A program made the position numbers and the translations under genes. A model generated the notes under the pieces. The model ran no database searches and was not told the origin of the DNA. It saw only the letters and a program-made list of their open reading frames with translations. A stretch of DNA of 38,202 bases from Octopus sinensis (taxonomy: Eukaryota), in assembly GCF_006345805.1 (NCBI RefSeq), contig NW_021832119.1:1-38202 (forward strand), written 5' to 3'. The first letter of the stretch is position 1, and each line of letters starts with the position of its first letter. Below are positions 10,321 through 20,780 of this stretch, in pieces.

Positions 10321-11058
10321 GATGTATATGTGTATATGCATATACATACACATGCAAATAAAACGTATAAATGTCTTGTAATTATAAGTTAAATTCAAAT
10401 TGATTGATCATTATTATATATGACGTCCAAATAGACGGCTCATAACTTAAAAACTGCACACACACACACACACACAGACACACACACATACACACATACA
10501 CACACATGCACAAAAGTATCATGCTACGATTGTTCGAGACCGATGTATGTAAATGTGCGTGTATATATATGAGTGGTGTGTGCGTGCGTGTGTGTGTATG
10601 TGTGTGTGTGTGTGTGTGTGTGTTGTGTGTGTGTGTGTGTGTGCGTGCGTGTCTGCGCTTGCATGCAATGTATGTTCTTGTCCTTTTTTAACGGAAGTAA
10701 TATGTTTCAAAGACTTGTTTCAAGGTAGTACTCTATACATGGTGCAAAGACAGTCTTTATATTATATCATTTATTTAGGAAACTGCGTTACAACTGTTTC
10801 TGCCCAAAAGTGTAATCAAACGTACGCACACTTCACTTCCGTATGGAATATTTATGGTAACATTTCAACATTGTCCACAAAACCCAGACCTTTCTAAAAG
10901 TACCCAGTTTATAATTTCTTCACGAACACAAATTCAACTTCAGTCAGATATGCTTTTATATTGTTTTGTACCTATGAGCTTACAGGTGTGTGTATTTATA
11001 TATATATATATACATACACACATTCATACATACATACATACATACATACATACATACA

Positions 11059-11094
<36 letters not shown>

Positions 11095-11210
11095 TCAGCC
11101 GAAATTGCGAAGATGATCCGGTTCTTGACTGATGATTGAGGGCTTCGAATGTCCCGTCCGTGTTTTTTGTGTCGTCTTCTAAATGTTTCACGTTCTTGTC
11201 CCAGTATGTA
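11095..11210 (+). repeat. Dispersed repeat family F (second copy at 15690-15820, minus)
   Basis: CAGCCGAAATTGCGAAGATGATCCGGTTCTTGACTGATGATTGAGGGCTTCGAATGT matches the reverse complement of ~15750-15815. Confidence 0.8.
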
Positions 11211-11224
11211 TATTTTTTTACTTT

Positions 11225-11272
<48 letters not shown>

Positions 11273-11274
11273 AA

Positions 11275-11525
11275 TATAAATAGGGGTAAAGGGAAAATGC
11301 TGAAATATGCTGAAATGTGGCTGAAAAATAGACTTAAGATCGTCTAACCACATACTATATATTTGGATTCGAAGATAACGAAATTTTTTAATTTCTGTGA
11401 GCTTATTTTCCTTGTTTCAACACAGTGATTATTGATAGTGAAAAATACTGCATGTGGTTAGACGATCTCAAGTTTAGTTTTCAGCATGTTCGCATAGAAA
11501 ATTTTCTCCTTTATCCATATTTATA
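11275..11525. mobile_element. Fold-back/MITE-like element with imperfect ~75-bp inverted repeats
   Basis: Left ..GCTGAAAAATAGACTTAAGATCGTCTAACCACAT (to 11353); right ATGTGGTTAGACGATCTCAAGTTTAGTTTTCAGC.. (from 11452); outer ends TATAAATA / TATTTATA. Confidence 0.65.
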
Positions 11526-11699
11526 ATTGTTTATAATTTTTCAACTTAAAAGATATTTTAATATGCTAGCCACTGACAAAATGGGAAAAAAATGTTATCC
11601 TTATATTAGAAGTGTGTGTGTGTATATATATATATATAATATATTTTAATCCACGGGAAAACAGAAAAAACAACAACACGTGGAACAATTACGTTAGAT

Positions 11700-11822
11700 A
11701 TATATATATATATTATATATATATATATATATATCTATATATATATATATATATATAAATTATTCGTTTGTTTTCCACCTGCCTTCGTCTTTTGTTTATT
11801 TTCATAAAGCTTCCCTTTATAT

Positions 11823-11896
<74 letters not shown>

Positions 11897-11901
11897 TAGA
11901 T

Positions 11902-11935
<34 letters not shown>

Positions 11936-11995
11936 AGTAGAAGATAGATAGATAGATAGATAGATATTTAAAAAACATATATTATATATATATAT
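11700..11995. repeat. Compound (TA)n(GA)n(GATA)n microsatellite block with short repeat relics
   Basis: Direct reading; 11760-11815 resembles the reverse complement of 36865-36910. Confidence 0.85.
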
Positions 11996-12173
11996 TAGAA
12001 AGTTTGGAGATGGTGTACAGGTATTTTAATATTAGAAGAAATGAGGTACTCAGAAATTCAGATGGTTTTATATTTACAGATATTATTTGTATATTACATG
12101 TTTATACATCATATATTATATATATATCATAATCATATATTATAGCGCTTTCGTCCATTCTAGTGGAGTTTTC

Positions 12174-12210
<37 letters not shown>

Positions 12211-12312
12211 ATAATATATATTACATATAAATGCATGCATTTGTATCAACGGAGGACAAAGAACAGCAATTATATAATGACCTTAATTAGCTAGCAACTG
12301 CTTCTGCAGTTG

Positions 12313-12395
12313 TGTCACGTGACAGTTAGCTGGCGCTGATTGCTGGTGCCTACCGGCGAGTATTTAAAGGGTAATTCGCAGGGTGGTCACTCACC
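12313..12395 (+). promoter_or_regulatory. Candidate Pol II core promoter (E-box palindrome, TATA, Inr)
   Basis: TGTCACGTGACA at 12313-12324; TATTTAAA at 12361-12368; Inr-like TCACTC with its A at 12389, 28 nt from the TATA start; lies in a GC-richer island. Confidence 0.3.
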
Positions 12396-12861
12396 CGCTG
12401 ACTTTCGTTGATGCTGTATCGTAGGAACCAAAGTACAAAAGGCCAAGAAAGAAAAAAACGCAGTCAACGCCAGAGCTGACGACACCTCTGAAAGGCGGGT
12501 GGGAGCCGCCGCGTGGAAAAACCGTAAAGGAGTAGGGTCCGAAACCGGACGTGGTTCCTCCGGATGATGTCCTTAGCCACTGGATCCTTTGTAGCGAACC
12601 ATGAAACGTAACGTGGTTGGAATTCCTCAAAGCTGAGTGCATAGGCAACAACCTATAGCTTCCTCGAAGCCATTAGAATTCACTCTATGTTCATTTCGGA
12701 AAGTAGTTAAATACATACATGGTTATGTATGTATATATATATATATATATATATATACAGGGACACATAGATACTCCAAAGGGTACATCATAATTAGCGA
12801 GATATTCTTCACTAAATATGACCGACAAATATTTGCACTGATATTTATTAGGAGTCTTTTG

Positions 12862-13262
12862 AAGGCGGTAAGCTAGCAAAATTATTACCGCACCAGACAA
12901 ATTGCTTAACGGTATTTCGTCTGGTGCTACGTTCTGAGTTCAATTTCCGCCGAGGTCGACTTTGCCTTTCATCATTTCGGGGTCCATTAAATAAGTACCA
13001 GTTACGCACAGGGGTCGATATAATCGACTTAATCCGTTTGTCTGTCCTTGTTTGTCCCTTCTGTGTTTAGCCCCTTGTGGGTAGTAAAGAAATAGGTATT
13101 TCGTCTGTCTTTACGCTCTGAGTTTAAATGCCGCTGGGGATCGAATTTGCTTTTCACTCTTCTAGGGTCGATAATATAAATACCAGTTGAAGACTGAGAT
13201 CGATGTAATTGACTTATCCCCATCCTCGAAATTGCTAGTCTTGGGCCAAAATTTGGGGCCGT
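12862..13262 (+). mobile_element. SINE family A dimer (long-tail unit followed by short-tail unit)
   Basis: Head AAGGCGG..; junction AGAAATAGGTATTTCGTCTG at ~13090 restarts the internal unit. Confidence 0.85.
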
Positions 13263-13544
13263 TATTTCGAGGAGGCGTATGATGTAAGTCTAAACATTAT
13301 AAGAATAACTTCTAATAAACGATATAAACGATATAAAGGAAATATGAATGGTTTTATCTTGGACCAAGTTTTTAACTGCACACGTACACTATGTTTATTT
13401 GTGCATGCGTATGTGTGCTTGTGTTCGTTTGTATGTATGCATGGAAATGTATCAGTGTGACCAAGAAATAAATGTAAAGTGAATTTAACAGATATATATG
13501 TGTGTGTGTGTGTGTGTATCTATCTATCTGTCTGTCCGTTTGTC

Positions 13545-13752
13545 TGTATGTGTGTATGTATGTATGTATTTATGTACGTATGTATGTACGTATGTATGTA
13601 TGTATGTATGTATGTATGTATGTATGTATGTATGTATGTATGTATGTATGTTTGTATGTATGTATGTATGTATGTATGTATGTTGTATGTATGTACATAT
13701 TAGATGACTAAACTGTAATTGTAATATACTATTTCTCATCCGAGAAATGTAT

Positions 13753-13783
<31 letters not shown>

Positions 13784-13805
13784 CATATATACATACATAC
13801 ATACA

Positions 13806-13839
<34 letters not shown>

Positions 13840-13861
13840 CATATATACATACATACATACA

Positions 13862-13895
<34 letters not shown>

Positions 13896-13935
13896 CATAA
13901 TACATACATACATACATACATACATACATACATAC
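13545..13935. repeat. Inverted tetranucleotide pair (GTAT)n - ~55-bp spacer - (ATAC)n
   Basis: Direct reading: 13545-13694 and 13752-13935. Confidence 0.9.
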
Positions 13936-14351
13936 GTATGTATGTGTGTGTGTGTATTATTGATAATATACTACACTTCTTGCTCTGTCTCTCTCAACCT
14001 TGCTCAATATTTCATCCACTCTCTCTCTCTCTCTCTCTCTTTCTCTCCATCTTTCACTGTTTCTTATAAAATAATTAAAAATAATTGAAAATGACGTTTT
14101 ATTTTTAATATTTCTAATACCTACAATTTATCTTTCTTGTAATCACAAACAAGACTGTTTTGAAAGTTCCGTTTTCTTATCAAGATGCGGTTCCAGAAAG
14201 TAAATGAAAATATTTGAAAAAGTTTATGGAATAACATTTAGAAAAGATTGATGAATTTATGTTTTGCAGATAAAAATACTTTAAGCATTTGGAAACATTT
14301 GACGAATATTAATAAGACTTTTGGATCGTTTGAAAGGAAGTCAAATTTTAC

Positions 14352-14419
14352 CTACAGATGTATAAATTTCTTCCAGTGTATATTGTCTGCCAACTTTTCT
14401 AAATTCGAAGACAGACTGT
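14352..14419 (-). CDS. Weak candidate internal exon (QSVFEFRKVGRQYTLEEIYTSV)
   Basis: attaactttaag| acceptor, TAG|gtaaaa donor, 68 nt, phases 2/1; could be chance. Confidence 0.2.
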
Positions 14420-15108
14420 CTTAAAGTTAATATGCTAGTGTTGAAGAGATAGGAATATATTAATCACTGCAATCACAATGTCTATAGGAAGGCCTTCAAT
14501 GTGTCTGTGAATTTCCATAGTGTCTCGCAATTTCAAATTCATGCGGTCAGCGCTTCAGGGAATCTGTATTCATGACAATCGTCATACTGCAATGAGGAAC
14601 TCTTCTTAGTTTCGTTACGACTCTGTTTATATATATATGCTTGTGAGTGTGTATGTGAATGTGTATGTTTATATGATGCTTGTATGCGTACGTGTGTGTG
14701 TGTGTGTGTGTGAGTGTGTATGTGTGTGTGTGGTAAAACAGAGGAGGTGGCGTTGATCTTGGTAACATTTACTTAGAAGCATCTCTCCGCGTATTTTTGC
14801 TTAAACAGATTACTCCGAGAAAAAGATATTCCAAGTAATTTAACTTGTCAAATCAGCAGTCTGTTATATATTCAGTCATGCAGTGGACTCGTATTTGATA
14901 TAAACCACGCTATTGAAACACGTGTAATGATGCTTTAAACTATCCATTCGTTTTCGCTTTCGATTTTGCTTATTACACACACATGTATATATGATATCGA
15001 CTATAGATATGTGTATATTTATAGTATGTGTATGTATATATATATATTATATATATATATTATATATATATATTATATATATATATATTATATATATATA
15101 TATATATA

Positions 15109-15618
15109 CTGTAAATCCTCGAGTATAGTCCGCCCTTGATATAATACGCAGGAGATTTTTAGGGAGTCGTGCCTCTGAAAAGCCTAAACCTTGTGTATAA
15201 CACGCACCCTTCTCTCTAGCTTGAGTCAAGGAGCTCTATATAACATTCTTGGTTTGTAAATATGTATACGGTAACATCCTTTATTATTATTGTATATATA
15301 ACATAATGCAAACGTGTAGCTTTTTGTGCATTTTGTTTCAGAAAATAAAGAAGTAACAGTAATAACGTTTAATAAATGTTGCTTACTGCAAGTTATGGAT
15401 GATTCTTTTATGACTTCATTGCTTTCAGGCTTAGCTTAAGGTATTTTCGCGCCCGACATCACAAAATGCGTTTGAATAAACATTGCCGGACAGCAAATAG
15501 AGACTCAGACATTGCTTAGAAAATAATTTTCATTTTTAACCGCGTATGTAGTACGCACTAGGGATCTTGATCTTTAAATTTTGGGGGGAAAATGCGGATT
15601 ATAATCGAGGATTTATGG
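15109..15618. mobile_element. Tigger/pogo-like (Tc1/mariner superfamily) MITE
   Basis: 25-bp TIRs CTGTAAATCCTCGAGTATAGTCCGC / CCATAAATCCTCGATTATAATCCGC (4 mismatches); TA on both flanks; no coding remnant seen. Confidence 0.85.
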
Positions 15619-15689
15619 TATTATATATATATATATATATATATATAATTATATATATATATATATATATATAGGTAAACATAAAATAA

Positions 15690-15820
15690 TTACAGACATG
15701 GACAAGAACATGAAACACCACAGAGACGACACAAGAACCACAGGACGGTACATTCGAAGCCCTCAGTCATCAGTCAAGAACCAGATCATCTTAGCAATTT
15801 CGGCTGATTAATCTTGATAT
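15690..15820 (-). repeat. Dispersed repeat family F copy
   Basis: Reverse complement of 11095-11210. Confidence 0.8.
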
Positions 15821-16561
15821 ATATATTTATATATATACTTATGTGGTGTGTGTGTTGTGGTGTAATCTCCCCTTAATTCTAAAGGTATTAATTGCCATTG
15901 GTCAGGTCTGTCCGAAATGCAAGACAAGACAACGGCAAAAACGCTTCTTTTCTTTTCCGATATTCTGTGTACGTCATTTTCCGACTTATGCAGAACAGCA
16001 GATGTTACATGTACGAAGGAGCCAGCTGTCTACCGAGTCCACGCTAAGATCACCCTACCAACCAGCACATTTGGCAAGAAATGGGTGATTAGTTTTCTTC
16101 GGTTGGTGGCTACGATAAATGAAATACCACGGTAGACACACTTGAAAAGAGCAAGAATAAGGTGTAACTAAGGTGGAGAGGACATGCGGGTGATCCGACC
16201 CGGCTGACGCTTCTATAGGAGAGGGGAACGGATATCGGCACTCTGGTGTCTGCTGCAAAATTCTGCATACATGGACAATAAACTCAAAGGTTGCTCTGGG
16301 TAGTATACACACTCTAGCTACGTTACTGGGCATTTCCTTCCCAAACAAACATTCAGGGTGGAGTGAGAAATTCTACTTTCATCAAATATCATGAAGGATG
16401 TATATGATGGATGAATTTGACTTTGTTGAATTAATGATCTATTTTCTATGCAACTACAGGCCAGAATCAACTAAAACTGGTTGTAACAGCAGGGAAGGAA
16501 GACGTTATTTGAAGTACAAAATCACAAATCTACATCTAATGCTTATGCTTTGCTCGTGGTA

Positions 16562-16761
16562 TTCAAATTTTGGCACAAGGCCAGCAAATTCTAGAGAGCG
16601 GGTAAGTCGATTACAGCGAACCTAGTGCTCAACTGGTACTTATTTTATTGAAACTGAAAAGATAAAGGCAGCGTCGACTTGGGCGTTATTACAGAACGTA
16701 AGGACGGACGAAATGTCGCTAAGCATTTTGTCCAGCGTGCTAACGATTTTGCCTGCTCACC
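16562..16761 (-). mobile_element. SINE family A, diverged short-tail copy
   Basis: Reverse-complement head and core recognisable. Confidence 0.8.
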
Positions 16762-16796
16762 ACTATACTTGATTCGTAAGTATTAACTGCGTAAAT

Positions 16797-17140
16797 AAGA
16801 CCGCGAGCTGGCAGAAACGTTAACCCGCCGAGCGAAATGCGTAGCCGTATTTCGTCTGCCGTTACGTTCTGAGTTCAAATTCCGCCGAGGTCGACTTTGC
16901 CTTTCATCCTTTCGGGGTCGATAAATTAAGTACCAGTTGCGCACTGGGGTCGATGTAATCGGCTTGATCCGTTTGTCTGTCCTTGTTTGTCCTCTCTGTG
17001 TGGTAGTAAAGAAATAGGCATTTCGTCCTTGTTTGTCCTCTCTGTGTGGGTAGTAAAGAAACAGGCATTTCGTCTGCCATTACGTTCTGAGTTCAAATTC
17101 CGCCGAGGTCGACTTTACCTTTCATCTTTTCGGGATCGAT
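16797..17140 (+). mobile_element. SINE family A concatemer, truncated at a fold-back element
   Basis: Head, unit, partial tail repeat, then a second unit ending at GGGATCGAT. Confidence 0.85.
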
Positions 17141-17709
17141 GAAGCTCACTTGTTAAACGATCTCAGATAACTCAGTGCATAAATGTTATGCGAGCCCAAG
17201 TTTCCTTAGCCGCATAGACTCGCTCGCCTCTGGCGTTCACCCCTCCTTCAAACTTGCTAGCTTTGTGTCAAAATTCGAAACTGTTATAGCGTAAACAGAA
17301 GGAAAACATTTCAAGTAGAAAACGATAAAGAAGTAAAGAACCGAGAATCTCATGGTACTGTATTCCCTGTTGTTCACCTCCAGCATGGCGAAAACCAGTA
17401 GTGCGTAACGAGAATGTGTGCCACCTCTGGTAGCCATTCAGTTGCCTCCCGGGAAAATCCAAAATTGCAGCAGATCCAAAAGTGCCGCTCCCAATAGCCC
17501 CTAACCCTTAGCTACACTACTTGTCCTAGCTTCGATAACCACACCGTTTCGAAACAACTCTATTACCCTTATTTGTTCCGTTTGACCAAACGAAACACTA
17601 ACAATGCAAATTAGCCAGAGGGAGAGCGAGTATATGCAGCTAAGGAAACCTGGGCTCGCATAACATTTATATACTGAGTTATCTGATGATCGTTTAACAA
17701 GCGAGCTTC
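17141..17709. mobile_element. 569-bp fold-back element with ~95-bp TIRs flanked by AT
   Basis: Arms 17141-17234 and 17614-17709 are reverse complements with ~7 substitutions and 2 gaps; AT at 17139-17140 and 17710-17711. Confidence 0.75.
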
Positions 17710-18356
17710 ATTCCGAGTGAAACCCAGGTGTTTATCTATCCCCTCCTAGCATAGGCATGGTCAGCAGGAGCGAAAAACTATCGAGTGATAGGAGAGGCTA
17801 CTTGTTCGAAAAATGGGTCTTTTTATTTCTATTTATTTATTTGCTTCTTTCAGAGAGAATAGAGAGGAGAGAGAGAGGGTAAGAAGATCTGAATAAACAC
17901 TTCTAGCGATCTTTTGGTGTTTTTACTTTTTTTTTTACGAAATGATCCAGTAAGGATAAAAACAGCGATAATAATGATAACAAGAATAACTATTTATTAT
18001 TACAATAATTTCTTTATTAGTCACGAAAATACAAACCATTTAAAGTACATAACGAGTAATAAATTTTTGGATGTGTAAATATTATACATGTAAAACTTAA
18101 ATTACAAACGCAAACCATTAGACAATTTAAAACAAAAAGCACACACGCACATACGCACATGCACATACTCGCGCACGCATGCACACACACACATACATGT
18201 AGTTTCATGCTCATACATGCATACATCCACACACACTGAAGCACATTAAACAATAAAAAAATTTTTAAATATGTATATATGAATGTATGTATGTAGGTAG
18301 GTAGGTAGGTAGGTAGGTAGGTATCTATTTATATATTCATTTTTGTCAGTTTAATT

Positions 18357-18575
18357 AGACGGCAAATTGATAGAATCTTTAAAAACGTAGGAAAATTGCT
18401 TCTCAGTATGTCTTTCTGTTTTTAACATTCTGGGCGCAAATGCTTCCGAAGTCAGCTTAACCTTTCATCTCTCCGGACGCAATAAGATAAAGTATCACTA
18501 GTGAGTTGGAGAGCGAGATAATCGATAAATGTTCTCCCTTCAAAACTGATGGTTTTGTGCCCAAATTAGACACCT
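18357..18575 (+). mobile_element. Old SINE family A copy
   Basis: Degenerate head and CCTTTCATC..AATAAGATAAAGTATC core. Confidence 0.55.
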
Positions 18576-18778
18576 TTTCACTTTCAAACATTTACTTAGT
18601 GACACACGTGTAGCACACGCGTTTGTCGCCATAGCATTTTTTATCTACTGTTACGTTATTCGATTTGTTTATCTGTATGATTGCCTGTATATACACACAC
18701 ATATGTACAAACTTAAGTATGCATGTTTACATGCATACATTGAATGTTATCCATTTTTATGTAATTATTTTAACTTTT

Positions 18779-19030
18779 GTGGAGGCGCGTGGTTTAGTGG
18801 TTAGGGTGTCAGCATCATGATCGTAAGATTGTGATTTCGATTCCTGGACCGGGCGACGCTTTGTGTTCTTGAGCAAAACACTTCATTTCATGTTGCTCCA
18901 GTCCACTCAGCTAGCAAAAAATGAGTAACGCTGCGATGGACTGTCGTCCTATCCAGCTGGGGAACAACATACGTCATTGAAACCGGGAAACCGGGCCCAT
19001 GAGCCTGGCTAGGCTTTAAAAGAACACATT
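18779..19030 (+). mobile_element. tRNA-derived SINE family C
   Basis: GGAGGCGCGTGGTTTAGTGGTTAG...GATTTCGATTCC; core CTTGAGCAAAACACTT..GTTGCTCCAGTCCACTCAGCT; related copy at 28845. Confidence 0.85.
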
Positions 19031-19038
19031 TATTTTTA

Positions 19039-19322
19039 GTGGAGGCACAATGGCCCAGTGGTTAGGGCAGCGGACTCGCAGTCGGAGGATCGCGGTTTTG
19101 ATTCCCAGACCGGGCGCTGTGTGTTTATTGAGCAAAAACACCTAAAAAAGCACCACGAGGATCTGGTAGGGGGTGGTGGCGACTCCTGTTGTACTCTTTC
19201 GCCATAACTTTCTCTCACTCTCTCTTCCTGTTTCTTGAGTAACGCTGCGGGGGGAACATATACGTCACAGAAACCGGGAAACCGGGCCCATGAACCTGTC
19301 TAGGCTTGAAAATGGCGACGTT
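19039..19322 (+). mobile_element. SINE with family-D head/body and the tail of the adjacent family-C copy
   Basis: Head matches 7900-8024(-); tail GAGTAACGCTGCG..GAAACCGGGAAACCGGGCC matches 18922-19010. Confidence 0.8.
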
Positions 19323-19460
19323 TTTATCGAGGTTTTATTGAACTCTTAAGGCGATGAACTGACAGAATCGTTTGCACGTTGAGCAAAATACTTAGCGGCA
19401 TTTCTTCTAGTTTTTTTATGTCCTGAATTAAAATATTTCTGATAAAATAATACCAGTAAA

Positions 19461-19695
19461 GTACACGGTTCGATACCATCGACTTGCTCGCTTCATTGAA
19501 ACTTGCAGGCCTTGTGCCAAAATAAGAAAACAAAATATTTGAATAATTCCTATGAAGAAAGAGGTGGGTTCCAACAACTTTCCATCAAAGTACATGGTTC
19601 GATACCATCGACTTGCAGCCTTGTGCCAAAATCAGAAAACAAAATATTTGAATAATTCCTACGAAGAAAGAGATGGGTTCCAACAACTTTCCATT
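19461..19695 (+). repeat. Local tandem duplication (~105-130 bp) at the end of a decayed family A SINE
   Basis: GTACACGGTTCGATACCATCGACTTG...CCAACAACTTTCCAT occurs at 19461 and 19590. Confidence 0.9.
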
Positions 19696-19774
19696 GTTGG
19701 AATTTGGATTAAATCAGTGAAGAAATTTACACACTAGACTTGAAAGAAAGAAGTCTTGTGTAATTCTGTAGTTA

Positions 19775-19960
19775 AAATAACCTGGAAAACTGCATCAACT
19801 GGAGACGCATCACAATCCTTTCCAGAGTGTTTAACCGGGTTCTCCTCGGAAGGATAAAAGGTGAGGTGGACAAGATTTTACGGAATGAACATGGAACGTC
19901 ATACATTTCGAATATTCATCGAACAGCAGTTAGCGGAATGGAACATCTCTTAGTATGAGA
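19775..19960 (+). mobile_element. Decayed RTE-type reverse transcriptase fragment
   Basis: NWRRITIL..RVFNRVLLGRIKGEVDKILRNEHG..RIFIEQ..EWN resembles the RTE region upstream of the DxxKAFD motif. Confidence 0.65.
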
Positions 19961-20624
19961 CGTTCAATGATTATAGGATGGCACTGCTGAAAATGTTTCG
20001 ATGTTTTAGTGTTTCGAAGAATATCATTACTTTGGACCATATTTCAAAAGTACATGTCAGTACGCAAGATATGTACGCATGGATGTATGTAGATGTGTAA
20101 GAGTGAGTAAATGTGTGTGTGTGCCTAAAATTATATTAACATAATCAATACTTATGGATAATGCAGTAAGGGGCAGCACAAGATGTAGAGATTAGAGTTG
20201 ATTGATTAATATAGGTTATTTAAGACTCAATACTTATGATCGACTTTTTACAAATATAGCAATGTATGGAGAAGCACACTCAGTCACCGCGATCCTTATC
20301 GCGTCATTCTCTTACATATTATACTTACCGTGAGCTTAAGAACTCGTACATATACAAGCACACATCGACATGCAACACATGCTTGTACAAGGAAATACAT
20401 ATATACATACGAACATGCGTACGTACGTGTGTGCGTATGTGCGAGAAGAGATTCAAACTGTAAGTGTGGGAAACAATTAAATTAAAAGAAAAGTGTTTTT
20501 TTAAAGAATATTTGCATGTTGTTCAAATACAAGTGGCATTTTCCTTGTTTCTGCTTGTTTCTCTATCTCCCTCTTGTTTACCCTTGTGGATTCGAGGTCG
20601 TTGTGAATTCTTGGTAGAAGAGGA

Positions 20625-20780
20625 ATTGGAGGAGGAGGAGGAGGAGGAGGAGGAGGAGAAGAAGAAGAAGAAGAAGAAGAAGAAGAAGAAGAAGAAGAAG
20701 AAGAAGAAGAAGAAGAAGAAGCAACAACAACAACGGCCGTGACAACTATAGCAATAACAACAACTACGACCACGATGGCA
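20625..20780. repeat. Compound (GAG)n(AAG)n(CAA)n microsatellite
   Basis: Direct reading. Confidence 0.95.

Noticed and set aside
10779-10856. Plus-strand 78-nt exon-like segment (tttag|GAAAC..TATG|gtaaca)
   Set aside because: Good splice sites and two open frames, but no recognisable peptide or supporting neighbours; unresolved, not excluded.
12313-12650. Solo LTR reading (TG...CA) of the GC-rich island
   Set aside because: No 4-6 bp TSD at the candidate ends and no PBS or PPT nearby.
14270-14423. Plus-strand open frame KNTLSIWKHL.. after ttttgcag
   Set aside because: No good donor before the stop and it overlaps a minus-strand candidate; compatible with chance.
15843-16625. Several 70-100 aa ORFs in a unique-looking stretch
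   Set aside because: Overlapping ORFs on both strands, no motif and no consistent splice signals; possibly an unrecognised old repeat.
17497-17512. Telomere-like CCCTAACCCTTAG
   Set aside because: Only about two imperfect units.
17683-17709. CTGATGA in the right TIR arm as a hammerhead core
   Set aside because: No GAAA partner or helix III follows, and the left arm lacks the motif.
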